From Dictyostelium discoideum (taxonomy: Eukaryota): a stretch of 64,000 nt of DNA. Below, piece by piece: positions 1 through 18,176 of this stretch. Made by a program: the position numbers and the translations under genes. Position 1 is the first letter of the stretch, and every line of letters starts with the position of its first letter. The notes beneath the pieces were generated by a model. It ran no database searches and was not told the origin of the DNA. It saw only the letters and a program-made list of their open reading frames with translations. The stretch is from positions 6,400,001 through 6,464,000 of the forward strand of contig CM000151.3 in the NCBI GenBank assembly GCA_000004695.1, read 5' to 3'.

Positions 1-231
1 AAAAAAAATAAAAATAGAAAAATAAAAATAGAAAAATAAAAATAGAAAAAAAAAAATAAAACATATTTTAATTAAATTATTTTTTTTTAAATAAGCCTTT
101 TTTTTTATTTTTTTCATTTTTTTTATTTTCTATTTTTATATTTATTTATTTTTTTTTCTTTTAAACAAAAATAAAAATAAAAATAACAAATAAATTAACA
201 CAATAGTTTAATAAATATATAAATAAATAAA

Positions 232-487
232 ATGGGAATTATAAATACAAAAAAAAGAAAACAAAATAGAAATAATGGTAGTTTTAATAATATAATAAAT
301 ACAATGGAAACAAATATATCAAGTTATACAAGTGATGATTTTTTAGATTTCTATGAAGGATCACTCAATGAAATGGATTTTGGAGATTATTCAAGTACTA
401 CAAGTTTAAATAGTGGTCTTGTTGACTTTGAAAATATAAATTTAAATATTTTATTTGATGATAATAGTAGAAAAAGTATTAAAACTT

Positions 488-531
<44 letters not shown>

Positions 532-842
532 TTTAATAATAATAGTAATAATAATAATAATATAAATGAATGGAAGTGTTCATCCATATTTGTAACATAT
601 AATATACGGATTAAAAAATATGAATGTACAAAATCAATCGTTGAAGAAGTAAAGGGAAGAATATCATGTTTTAAAAAATCATTATCAATTGAACCATTAG
701 ATATATCACAATTTGAGTTCAATATGAATCAAAATGATCTTTTTTCAAATATTTTATCAAAAGAAATTCAATCATTAATTGTATTAAATTTATCAATTTA
801 TGATTTACTCTCATTATTCAGTAAGTAAAATATTAATAAATT

Positions 843-930
<88 letters not shown>

Positions 931-1363
931 TAATTTATTAATCTTTTATTTATTTTATAAAATAGGAGTAAATAAATATTGGTATGAATTTGGACAAAAT
1001 AACAGTTTCTGGAAAAGTTTAACATTGAGAGATTGTGAGAAATGGAATAATAAAGATTTGGTTAAATTAAAGATTAAAAATGGTCAACCATTCTTTGGTG
1101 ATAATAATAATAAAAAAGAGAATTATAACAATTCATCATGGAAAGATTTTTATAAACAAATGACCAGATTAAAAATGTGTAAACAATGTAATATAATTTT
1201 TAGAGAATATAGTAATTCAAATAGCGCTTGTAATTATCATTCAGATATTAGAGATTTAATTCATTCTCGTGGTGCTCTACCTTCTGGAATGTATTGGAGT
1301 TGTTGTTTATCAAAACCAAAAAATAGTATTGGTTGTACAACAAAGTGTCATGAGGAAGAATAA
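232..1363 (+). CDS. F-box-like protein with C-terminal Cys/His-rich motif. 2 exons: join(232..820, 966..1363), about 328 aa.
   Basis: ORFs 232..828 and 800..1363 join across a GTAAGT donor at 821 and an AG acceptor at 964-965; phase 1 is preserved (a+ga = R). The intron is mostly a 78-nt poly(A) run. The segment LFSNILSKEIQSLIVLNLSIYDLLSLFRVNKYWYEFGQNNSFWKSL fits the F-box pattern (L..EIL..I..L...DLL.L..V.K.W......W). The C-terminus carries a CxxC...CxYH...WSCC...GCxxKCH cluster. Confidence 0.55.
847..924. repeat. Poly(A) homopolymer of 78 nt forming most of intron 1 of the F-box-like gene.
   Basis: Uninterrupted run of A from 847 to 924 between a GTAAGT donor and the AG acceptor. Confidence 0.95.
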
Positions 1364-1715
1364 AAAATTAATATCCCCTTCCATATATATATATAAATAA
1401 TATAAAAAAAAAAAAAAAATTAAATATAATATAAATTTAATTAATTTTTGGAAAAATAAAAATAAATAATTAATTTTTTAAATGTATAAATAATTTTATG
1501 TTTTTTTGGTGTAGTTATTTTTAACTTTTATTTCAATTTATTTTTTTTATTCAAAAAATAATAATAATAATTAAATTTTTTAAAAAAAAAACAATAAATA
1601 AAAAAAAACAGATAATACATTTATTTTTTAAATATTTTTTACATTTATATAAATTCTAAAAAAAATTAATAATTATTTCTAAATAATTATTTAAATATTT
1701 GTGTGATGGTTGGAA

Positions 1716-3027
1716 TTAACAAAAATTAATTAAATTTCTAATTTCTGGGGTAGTATTAACTGGTCTAATACATATTTTTTCAACCTTTACAATGAACTCA
1801 TTCCAATTTTCATTACCCAAATCGAAATCTGAATTACTATTGATTAATGGAGTTGTAATTTGTTTTTGTTGTTTTTGAGAAACAAATGACATTGAAAAAG
1901 ACATCATTTTGAATGATTGTGATATTTGTTTTTTTAATTCATTAAAATCGGCAACACTTGAAAGATCAATTGTTTTACTTTCGCCACCTTCAATTGAACA
2001 ACAAACATTGTTTACAGTTTTTTGTTTTTTTGTTGGTGATGAAACTGGTGAAATTGTAGTAGTTGTTGGTGATGGTGATGTTGATAATGATGATGAGTTG
2101 TTATTATTATTTAAATTTTCAATCTTTTTTTCAAAATCAATATCACAATCACTATCAATATTAAAACCATAACTGAAATTTGAATTTATATTGTTATTAT
2201 TATTGTTATTATTGTTATTGTTATTGTTATTATTATTATTTTGAAAAGTTGGGGTTGTTGATCTTGTTGTTGTAGTTGTTGTGGTTGTTGTTGGTGGTGG
2301 TGGAATATTATTTGGTTTGGTTTGTGATGGATGATATTGTTGTTGCATATGTTTTGATAATATACTATTATTTAAATTATTTATATTTAACATATTAATA
2401 TTTGAATTTGCATTATAAAATTGTGGCGGATAAGTAATTGATTGTTGAGATTGTTGAATATTAAAAGGTGCTTGATTATTAACAAAACCATTAACGGTTG
2501 CCGATGGCTTAAAAAATGAAAAAGGTTCAGGTTTAACAATTTGTTGTTGGTTATTTACAAAGGTATTGATTGAGGTACTGTATCTTTCGTCCAAAGGGTA
2601 TTCGGTTGCTAACCTTTTTTTATTATTATTATTTACAGATGTAGAAGTTGTAGTGGTTCTACTATTACCATAGTTGTTATTATTGTTGTTAAAACTGTTG
2701 AAACTGTAATAACTCGATGATTGGCTATTCAAGGATGCTCTACTTGCCATATTTAAATAAGTTATATAATTTAATTCTTCAAAAGTTGGTTTTTTTTGTG
2801 GACCTAAAAAATAACAAAAAATAAAAATAAAAATCAATTAATAATTTTAATTTAATAATTTAAATGATTAAAAATTTTAATACTTACTAATATTTGAATT
2901 TGAATTTGAATTATTATTATTGCTATTACTATTATTATTATTATTATTATTGTTATTATTATTGGTATTATTATTGTTGTTATTATTATTATTATTAGAA
3001 TTATTATTATTATTATTATTATTATTA

Positions 3028-3072
<45 letters not shown>

Positions 3073-4154
3073 GAGTTATTATTATTATTATTATTATTAT
3101 TATTTTCATTTATTTTAGTATCGAAATCATTTTCATCATAAATTGAACCCATTGGAGAAGAAGGAACAGTTGGACTATCATATGATGATGATTGGGACTT
3201 ATAATCAGAATCAGAACTGAAAATATCAGGAGATGTATAATCTTGTTGGGTAGAGTATGGCGATGCCTTTTTTTCATTGGATGGAGTTGGATTTGAATAA
3301 CTATTGAATGTAGGAATTGGAGTTTGTCTACTATTTTGTTGATTACCAGTGACTGGTGCAGTTGTTGTTTGATAATTAAAGTATTGATTGTATAATGGTT
3401 GATTAGTTGGTATCGATTGTCCTTGTGACAATTGGAATAAGGTTTGAGATGATGTAATATTTTGGTTACCTCTATTTTGTGAATTATTGTTATATGTTGA
3501 TGAAGATGATGATGATGATGATGACGATGTCGATGATGAAGAAGAAGAAGATGATGATGAATCATCTGATGTAAGTGTAGATGTTGGAGATGAAATGGCA
3601 GAACTATTCGTTGAAGATGATGAATTATGTAATAAGCTTGAACTATTAAAATTAAAATGAGTACCAAATGGTGATGGTTGAATACTTAAAGAAGTTGGAG
3701 TTGAAGAAGCACTTGGAATTGGAGATGATAATGATAAGGTACTAATATTCATATTTGAATTATTATTATTAATATTATTGTTATTGTTATTTACATTTGA
3801 TGAACCAGGTGAGCATAATGATGGTGTTGAACTATTTGAAGATGGTGAGAATGGTCTTGGAAAATATGGTTGAAAGAAATTATTTGAACCTGGGAAGGGT
3901 GGATTTAAATCTTCTTTTTGTGTAACTTGAATAATAATCTTATCACCTTGTCTAATGTATGGAATATCGGACTTAATAAAATTCTCTTCAATATATGAAA
4001 TATTTGTACCCAATCTTTCATGATTATTTGCAATCCATTCACCCAATGCAACATTTACCAATTTAACATGATTTAATGCGACCAATCCATGAAGTGGTGA
4101 AGAGTTACCATTTAAATTTGGTGAAGATATTGGTGATGGTGGTGATTGTTGAAA

Positions 4155-4226
<72 letters not shown>

Positions 4227-4742
4227 AATATTATTATTGTTATTATTATTATTACTCAATTTTGTATTAAAATCAGATGTAATTCCAATATTAAAATTAG
4301 AATTTTGTTGATTTGTCAAAATATTATTAATATTATTGTTATTGTTATTAATATTATTAATATTATTATTATTATTATTATTTAATTGTATTATTGATGA
4401 TTGAGAGCAATTTTTTAATTGATTATTGTTAATTAATTCGTTATTATTATTATTATTATTATTTTGAACTGATTTTGACCAATTTATAGAATGAAATGAA
4501 CTTAAACGAGTTTTTGATTTTTCGGATATTAACAAACGGAAACCTTGATATTTTTTGGTTAGACGATTAAATCTTCCACGAAGAGTTGACAAATTAACAT
4601 GAAACAAAGCGGCTAAGGTTCTATCTGGAAAATAAATTGGCTCGTTTTCGGAATTACAAAAATATTGGATTTGAGAGATTTCTCCAGTATTTGATAATTC
4701 AATGTCAAATTCTTTGACATAATATTCTCTATGTTTTTCCAT
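1716..4742 (-). CDS. Large low-complexity (poly-N/S/T/Q) protein of unknown function. 2 exons: join(complement(2888..4742), complement(1716..2803)), about 979 aa.
   Basis: ORFs 2877..4742 and 1716..2837 join via a minus-strand GTAAGT donor (plus 2882-2887) and a tttttAG acceptor (plus 2804-2805), giving an 84-nt intron with phase 1 kept (A+GT = S). ATG is at 4742. The N-terminal 90 aa (MEKHREYYVKEFDIELSNTGEISQIQYFCNSENEPIYFPDRTLAALFHVNLSTLRGRFNRL) and a mid-protein block (GLVALNHVKLVNVALGEWIANNHERLGTNISYIEENF) are non-repetitive and probably globular. Confidence 0.6.
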
Positions 4743-5872
4743 TTTTTATTTTTATTTTATTTTATTTAATTATTTTAATTTTTTTTTTTTTAGATTGAAA
4801 GGAAATTGACCAAAAATTAAGGAAATATATAACTTCGAGAAAGTTTAATAAAAATCAATAGTGATTAATGGTGGAGTCGTGGATTTAAAAAAAAAGCACG
4901 TGAGTTTTTTTGTTTGGTAAATAAAAAATAAATTTTTTTTTTTCCTTTTACTTGTAACTTTTTTTTTAAAAATAAAAATAAAAATAAAAATTAATATTTA
5001 TTTATTTTTGTATACAAATAATAAATTATTTTAAATTTTGGGGTGTATTAAAGGATAGTTAATAGTGTAGTAGGGGAGATTTGTAGGAGAAAAAAAAATA
5101 TGTGGGTGGTGGGGTAATAATGGTGTTGTTTTTTTTTAATTTTTTTGTTTTTTTTTAATGTTATGTGGAAAATACTACTACTACTACTATTGGGTACATA
5201 TTAAATTTTTAAAAAATCATATTATCAGATCAATATATTATAATATCAATATAAAAAAAAAAAAAAATAATAAAAAAAAATTTTATTTGGGGTGTGTAAT
5301 AAAAAAATAATTGCAATTATTATACAGAAATATGGATAAATTAAAAAGCCTTGCCAACCCAAATAAAATTTTGAAAAAAAAAAAAAAAAAGAATTTGATT
5401 GATTTTTAATTTGTCATATACAAACAATAACAATAATTCAACCAACATAATAAAAAGTATAACAATAACACAACAACATAAAAACGAATAAATTATTATT
5501 ATAATTATTTTAAATTTTTTTTTTTTAATGACGTAAACAACAGATTTTAGTTTTTTCATTTTTTTAATGGCGTTGTTTGTGTGGTGTAGTGTGGTGTGAT
5601 GTGGGAGTGGGAAATTTTAAAAAACAGAACTTGTTTTTTTTATTTATTATTTATTTATTTATTTTAATTGATTTTTTTTTTGGCCTATTTAATAAGTACA
5701 ATCAAAAGAAATTGGATACATTTATAATATGGTAATATTGAACCACACTATTCAAATGAATAGTTTTTTTAATTAATGCAAACAACATCTAATATTTCAA
5801 AAAAAAAAAAAAATAAAAAATAAAAAATGAAAAAATAAAAATAGGAATTAGATAAAAACAAAAAACAAAAAA

Positions 5873-5916
<44 letters not shown>

Positions 5917-6008
5917 CTGTTGTATTGGAATGTGTCATGATTTTATTAAAATTTCAAAAAAAAAAGGGTTTTGTTTTTTGTAGTTATTGTTTTTGTTGTT
6001 GTTGGTAG

Positions 6009-6039
<31 letters not shown>

Positions 6040-6376
6040 GTTGTTATTTTGGTTGTTGTGGTAGTGGTGTGGTGGTGGTGTTGTTGTTTATTGTATTATG
6101 AAAATTATAGTGAATTCTATTAAAATTATATTAACCAAAATATATAATAATAGATGAATAGGTGCTACTATTAATAAAAAATCGTATTGTACGTTTATTT
6201 TAACATTTTGATTATCGATATCATTTTTATTTTTTTTTACATTTATTTTTTTTAATTGACATTTTGTAACCCCCACCAACCACACTTATCAAATTTAATA
6301 ATGACAAAATGTAATTTTTCAAATAAAGAAAAATAATTACCCAAAAAAAAAATGTATACATATCTATTTAACAATA

Positions 6377-6429
<53 letters not shown>

Positions 6430-8801
6430 ATTACAATTTTATAAAAAAAATATTAATTTAAATAAAAAGATAAACTATTATCTTATCTACTTAATTTTTT
6501 TTTTTAAAAAAAAAAAAAAACAAAAAATTGTATTTTAAAAAATAAACCATGAATAAACCATAACTGATTAATTATTCAAATATAATTAATTGAAATAAAG
6601 GTTTTGGAGTGAGGGCAAGTGTGTGAGTGTGGGTTTAGTGTATTATGATAACGAATATGATGTATTAAATTGTGAAGTTGTTTATGGAAAATGTATTATT
6701 ATTATTTTTTTTTAATTTTTTTTTTTATTTTTTTTTTTTGTTGTTATTTATTATTATTATTATTGTTGATGTTGTAGGTTATTGTTGTTGTTGATTTTGA
6801 TGATGTCGATGATGTTTTTGATGTTTTCCTTATTATTGATTTGTGGTTTTTTTTTTTTTTTAAATTTTATGATTTTAAAAATTATAAAATACAATATTTT
6901 TTACACATCATCACCATCCATCATCCATCATCCACCCATTAAAATAATATTATTATAATTAATTTTTTAAATTTTCAAACCATTTTCCACAATTTATTTT
7001 AAATTTATTAACATCAACAAATAAATATTTATTATACGTTTTTCAAACAGAAAAACAAAACAATTAAAATTTTAAAAATAATTTTACATTTTCATCACTT
7101 TACAAAAAAAAAAAAAAATTAAAAAATAAAAAAAAAAAAAATTAAAATTTAAATGTAAATAAATTTTAATTAAATATATACAAACATTTTTTTAATATAT
7201 ATATATTTATATATATATATATATATATATAAATATATATATATAAATATAGTTATTGTTATTATTCTCTTATTTATTTTTTTAATATTATTATTATTAT
7301 TTTTTTTTTTTTTTAATTTTTTTTAATTTTTATGTTGAATTTAGATATTAAAATAAATTAAAAACCAAATTGTTTTAGTTGTTGTTTAGTTGTGTGTAAT
7401 TGCTGTTTATTTAATTATTATATTGAAAAACAAAAAAAAAAAAAAAAAAGAAAAGTTTTTTTTTATTAATTAAGAAAAAAAAATAAAAAAAAGTAAAAAA
7501 AAAATTAAAAAATTAAAAAAAAAATAAACTTGCAACAATGATTTTTAATTGTGATAAAATAATTTCCTAAAATGATTGAATTTTCAAAAGGGTTTTTAAA
7601 TGATGTGTTTAATAACAGTTATAAAAAATTAATAAAAAAAAAAAAAAATCATTTTATTAAATAAACTTCCCTTTTTCACCCAATTCATTTTTTTTTTTTT
7701 TTTTCCTTTTTTAATTTTACAAAAATTTAATATCATTTATTTCAAGTACTATTTTTAGTCAAATAAATAAAATCTGTTGGTGAAAAAAATAAATATATAT
7801 AAAAAAATAAATAATAATGGTATGATAAGAAAAAAAATAATAAATTAAATCTACAAAAAATATAATCAATCACATATCTTTTTTTTGTGAATGTATGTAT
7901 GGTAATCGGAAATTCAATCACTTACTTTACAACATCCTTGTTGTATTAATTTTTTTAATTATTTTTTTTTTATTTTTTTTTTTTTCTTTTTATAGTGATC
8001 CTTTTTAATTTAAATTAATAAATAAAAATAAATACAAAGACTAATTAAATTTAAATACAAATTAAAAATTAATTTAGAAAGAGAAGTATATAAAATATTG
8101 TTAAAAAAAGAAATATAAAAAAAAAAAAATAATAAAAACAATAAAAAAGAATTGAAAAAAAAAAAATAAAAAAAAAAAAAAAAAATATAAACGAGTTTGA
8201 TGTTTATTTTTTTTTTACAAAAATTAGTAATTTGATCAGATTGAACGAGAATTTTTAAAAAATTGCAAATAAAATTAATTCATATGAAAATATGTCATCT
8301 ATAAATTTTATTAGAAACAAATTTTATTTGATTCAGAAAAAAAAAAAAAATAAAAAATAAAAAAAAATTAAAAAAACTTATTTTCACTCAAACCATTAAA
8401 AAAATCTGCAAATATAAAAAAATAAAATATAATAAAAAAACTAATACTTTGCTTTCAATTAATAATTATGTCTCTTTTGAATTATTTATTTTGTTTTTTT
8501 CTAATCTCTTTTTTTCTATTTTTTTTTATTTTTTTTCTTTTTCTTTTTTTATTTCCTTTTTTTTTTTTTTTTTATCTTTTACTTTTATAAAATATTTAAT
8601 TTGTTATTGTAAAAATGTCATAAATGAATCTGATATATCGATGTGTGTATTAAAATTTTCAAAATTATTTTTGATTTGAGTAACCATCTTTTTGTTTTTC
8701 TAATTTAAATAAAAAATAAATATATATTATGGTGGGAGGGGGGTTAGATATTATTACAAATTTAATAAAAATTAAAAAAATTTAAAATCAAAAAAATCAA
8801 A

Positions 8802-9503
8802 TCATAAATAAATAAAAAAATAAATTACTCTATTTGATTTTTTATTTGTAGTTTCTCTTTTTAATTTATTCCAAAACAATTGAAAATTTGTACATATTAT
8901 TTCATCTATTCTATTTTCTTTTCTTAATGAACAAAAAACAGAAAAAACTGTTCTGAGTACTATATTTACATTAATCTCCTTATTACCTTCAAACCATTCA
9001 TCAATAAACCATTGAGTTACTCTTTTCTTTCTATAATTTGTTGATTGTATAATTCCATTAATATGCCCAATTGAAATGTTTAAAAAATTCTATATTTAGA
9101 TATATATATATTAATATATTATTAATATATTATTAATATATTTTATTTATTTTTTTTTTTTTTTTTTACAAACTTTTTCACAAATCAATCTTAGTTCAAT
9201 AAGAGTTAATGTTGGTTTTGGTGGAGAGTGAACATTTTTATTTACATTTGATGAATTTGGCATTGGTAAAACATCATTTGAATCTACACCAAACATTTTT
9301 TTATTTTCTGTAACTGGTGTTAAACAATATTGAAATGGGGAATTTGGGATTGGTGTTGTAAATATATTTGTGTTATTTTTATTATTATTATTATTATTAT
9401 TTAATGGGGTTGTAAAAACATTTTTAAAATTTTTATTGGGAAATGGTGTTAAATTAACACTTGGAATATTTAAAGATGAATTATTTGATTCTTGGTTTTC
9501 CAT
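8802..9503 (-). CDS. Hypothetical protein, tentative 2-exon model: join(complement(9170..9503), complement(8802..9019)), about 183 aa. Alternative junction 9174/9026.
   Basis: ORF 9147..9503 (MENQESNNSSLNIP...LIELRLICEKV) runs into a GTAAAA donor (phase 1) or a GTTTGT donor (phase 0). Either pairs in frame with an AG acceptor (9020-9021 or 9027-9028) leading into the only open downstream frame (LTQWFIDEWFEGNKEINVNIVLRTVFSVFCSLRKENRIDEIICTNFQLFWNKLKRETTNKK...stop at 8802-8804). Two independent donor/acceptor pairs give the same downstream frame. Confidence 0.4.
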
Positions 9504-9859
9504 TTTTTATTTTTTATTTTTTATTTTTTATTTTTTATTTTTTTTTTTTATTATTTGTTGAATAGAAATTAATTGTTTAACAAATAAAATAATTATATAA
9601 AAATAAATGAATAACAAAAAAAAACAAAAAACTTAAATAAAGAATTTGTTTTAAAATTTAAATAAAAAATAAAAAATAAAAAATAAAAATAAAAAAAAAG
9701 ATTTACAATTTATATCTTAATTTTACTAAATAAAATGATTTATTTAAAAAAAGTTAGATATCATTAATTTTAAATGAAAAACCAATTAAAATAATAATTC
9801 ATTGAAGTATGATTAAGGAAATCAATGAATTTATTTATTTATTTATTTCCATTTTCTTC

Positions 9860-9894
<35 letters not shown>

Positions 9895-10070
9895 GTGTTA
9901 TACATAAATTGTTTTTTATTATTATTATTATTATTATTTTTCGTTTTGATTTTACTTTATAGGAAATTCCAAATATGGATAAGTATTATTTTAAAAAATT
10001 GATAGATAATTTACTATTAAGGATCATCCAAATTATTTTTATTATTATTAATAATTCTAATAAATTATTT

Positions 10071-14915
<4,845 letters not shown>

Positions 14916-15074
14916 ACTATTTTTTGTATGAAAGTAGTGATACTATTGATTTAATATAAATTGATTGTAATGTTTTTTTTTTTAAAATTTTTTTTTTTTT
15001 TGTTTTTTTTCTTCTTTTTTTTTTTTCTTTTTTTTATTAATTCTTTTGGGTGGTGCAAATCGTCGCTCTCGTTA

Positions 15075-15111
<37 letters not shown>

Positions 15112-15270
15112 TTTTTTTTCATAAAAATTTTATTTTTTTAATTTTAATTTTTTTTTTTTTGGTGATTTTTTTTGGATAAAATAAATTAAAAAAATTTAAT
15201 CTACAGTTGTTTCCGTTTCCATATATTTTGAAAATTATTAATAATCACTTTTTATATATTTTTTAAACAC

Positions 15271-15308
<38 letters not shown>

Positions 15309-15535
15309 TTTTTATTTCATTTTTTTATTTCCCAAAAAAGAATTTTTTATTAATTTATTAATTTATTTATTTATTTTTCTTTTTTAAATGATGGGGTGAA
15401 ATTTAATACAAATTGAATCAAAATGGGGGTTGGTTTTTTTTTTTAAAATTTTTTTTTTTTTTTTTTTGATTTTTATTTTTTTATTTTTTAATTTCTTTTA
15501 TTTATTCATATAAATTTTAATATTAAAATTAAAAT

Positions 15536-16900
15536 ATGAAATTAAATTATTTAATTTCTATATTATTATTTTTAATAATAAATTATTCATCATTTGTAAG
15601 TAGTATAAACATTTTTAAAGATATCAATATAATCTATGATCATTTAAAGGATGACATAAAAGAGATTATTGTTGATGCAACTACAACAGTGAATCATGTA
15701 GAATACTTTATTGATATAGTGAATAGCAATGGATACCCATGTGAGCATCATTCAGTTATAACAGAAGATGGTTATATATTGGGTGTATTTAGAATTCCAT
15801 ATTCTTATAACAATAATCAAAATCTTAATAATAAAACTAGACAACCAATTCTATTGCAACATGGTTTATTAGACTCATCGATAACATGGATAGTTAATAA
15901 TGCAAATCAATCACTACCATTCATATTATCAGATATGGGATACGATGTATGGATGGGTAATAACCGTGGTAATACATTTAGTATCAATCATACTAGATTG
16001 GATGTAAAGAGTAGAGAATTTTGGGAATTCTCATTCGATGATATGGGTTGGTACGATCTACCATCAATGGTTGATTATATCATTCAAGTTAGTGGTGTCG
16101 ATGAAATTGGTTATGTGGGTCATAGTGAAGGTACAATGCAAGCCTGGATATCCTATTCAGAGATCAAAGGTTTCGATAAGAAAGTGCCAATTTACATGGG
16201 ACTTGGTCCGGTTGGTAATGTCTCCCACATTACAAATGTTGCATTAAAGACAATGGCCACCTTTAGAATTGATGATCTCTTTAGAATTTTCGGAACCAAA
16301 CAATTCTTACCATCTCCAAAATTATTACGTGGAATTTTCATTAGTTTCTGTATTGATTGCCCTTTATGTTGTGAAGATGTAGTAGAATGGTTATGTGGTC
16401 CACATAAAGGTGCCTTCAATCAATCAAGAATGCCATTTGTAAGTGGTAATGAACCTGGTGGTACTGTAAGTTGATTTTATTTTATTTTTTCAATAAATTA
16501 TAATTAATAAATAAACAATTAACTAATTATTTTAAAAAAGTCACTTAGAAATATGGTCCATTTCACTCAATTAGTAAATTCAAAACAATTTCAACATTAT
16601 GATTATGGAGTTATTGGTAATTTATTACATTATGGTCATGAAAAACCACCATTAATTAATGTTGAAAATATACCACCAACTGTAAAGATTGCATTATTCT
16701 CTGGTACAAAGGATGAATTGGCAGACACAATAGATGTAAAGCAATTAGTATCACTCTTACCTCCTGAAACAATACTCTCTTGGGACATAATTGAAAATTA
16801 TGCTCATTTAGATTTTGTTTGGGCAATAGATGCTAATATTTTAGTTTATCCAAAAATTTTAAATTTTTTCAATAATTTCTTTAATCAATCAAAATCATAA
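15536..16900 (+). CDS. Secreted/lysosomal lipase of the gastric / lysosomal acid lipase (LIPA) alpha-beta hydrolase family. 2 exons: join(15536..16465, 16541..16900), about 429 aa.
   Basis: Signal peptide MKLNYLISILLFLIINYSSFVSS. The N-terminal lipase region (ITEDGYILGVFRIPYS...QPILLQHGLLDSSITWIV) and the GHSEGT nucleophile elbow are present. GTAAGT donor at 16466 and aaaaAG acceptor at 16539-16540 keep phase 0. The C-terminus (HYGHEKPP...YAHLDFVWAIDA) matches the LIPA family. Confidence 0.85.
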
Positions 16901-17307
16901 TTTTAAGGAGAGGGAAAAAAAAAAAGAAAAAAAAAAAAAAAAAAAAATTAAAGAAATCGTATGATATTTTCATATGATATGTATATAGTGTATAAAATGT
17001 AATCTAAAAAAAAAGGTGTACTATTATTATTATTTGTTGTTTTTTTTTTTTTTATTGTTTAATATATTTCAAAACTTTATTTTTTTTTTTATAAATTGAT
17101 TTATTTAATAATTCTTTTTTTTTTTTTTTTTTGTGTGTATACATTTTAATCACTCGTAATATTATATTACTATATTCTATATTTTTAAATATTTAATTTA
17201 GTTTTTCTTGACTAAAAGTTCTTTTTGGAGTAATTCTGAATTTAAAATGACTAAAGTTTTTTGTATGGATTTTTTATATTTTAAAATAAAAAGGAGTGTT
17301 AATAATA

Positions 17308-17544
17308 TTATATTTGAGTGTGATGTGGCGTTATATTATGATAATAATAAATAATAAATTTGTGATAATTACTGGTTGATGATTCTTTGCCATTTTGGTA
17401 CATGACAGTATTTGAAATGAAACCTTCTCTATTTTTAGCAGCAGCTCTGAATGGTTCTTTTAAACAATTACGGACATGAGTACCGCAAATGTTAGCGTAT
17501 TGTAAATAAGTGATACCAGCAGCTCTCCAATATTGACCAGCCAT
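17308..17544 (-). CDS. atp5e: Mitochondrial F1Fo ATP synthase subunit epsilon (ATP5E / yeast Atp15 homologue).
   Basis: [38 protein letters not shown] aligns with human ATP5E ([34 protein letters not shown]). [13 protein letters not shown] resembles the yeast Atp15 tail (YTQYKNGTAASEP). The 78-aa ORF is longer than its homologues (51-62 aa), so the C-terminus may be modified by an unrecognised 3' intron (possible GTAATT donor). Confidence 0.75.
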   Translation of the reverse strand: MAGQYWRAAGITYLQYANICGTHVRNCLKEPFRAAAKNREGFISNTVMYQNGKESSTSNYHKFIIYYYHNITPHHTQI

Positions 17545-18176
17545 TTCTTTGATTGATTTTGTATGTGTGTGAAATTTATTGATTTGAAAAAAAAAAAAAA
17601 AATTTTGAAAAAATTGAAAAAAAAAAAAAATTAAAAAAAAATAAAAAAATAAAAAAAAATAAAAAAAAAATTAAAAAAACAAAAAAAAACTTTCGAAAAA
17701 GGTAATACGAAAACAATGAACTTTAATAATTGTTAAAGTATGAAATAATAATAATTTTTAAATGAATCAAATGAAAAAATTCCTCTTTTTTTTTTTTTAT
17801 TTTTTTATTTAAGATATATATTTTGAATTAATTTTTAGTAAAAACAATAATTTTTAAAAAAATAAAATAGATCATTTTTTTTTTTTATTTTTTCATTTTT
17901 TTTTTTTTTGTTTATTTGCTCTTTATTTTTTTTATTTTATTCAAAAATAATTATTAAACAATTCTTTGATTTCTATATTTTTTTTTTTTATTATTTATTC
18001 ACTTTTATTTTTTATTTTTTATTTTTTATTTTTTATTTTTTTTTTTAAATTTTCATTTTCACTATTTTTTTTTTTTTTTTTTTTTGTGATCTGCACACAT
18101 ACTCAGTTTACAATACAAATTAAAAAAAAAAAAAAGATTTTTTTTTTGTTTTTTTTTTTGTAGATACACATAAAAA

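Noticed and set aside
2852-3141. ORFs 2852..3109 (-) poly-I and 2920..3141 (+) poly-L
   Set aside because: These are alternative-frame or opposite-strand readings of the (AAT)n/(TAA)n coding microsatellite inside the 1716..4742 gene, with pure homopolymer amino-acid content.
5341-6285. ORFs 5341..5559 (-) and 6088..6285 (-) in the 4-kb ORF-poor interval
   Set aside because: They are homopolymer-dominated (K/I/F runs), have no splice-compatible continuation and no domain similarity. The region is reported as a finding instead.
15040-15080. GC-richer island gggtggtgcaaatcgtcgctctcgttatc considered as a possible tRNA/snRNA fragment
   Set aside because: It is too short, no cloverleaf or box A/B elements could be assembled, and it is flanked by homopolymer runs.
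16038-16419. ORFs 16038..16247 (+) and 16192..16419 (-) inside the lipase exon 1
   Set aside because: These are off-frame or antisense readings. The lipase frame carries the GHSEG catalytic motif and family-wide similarity.
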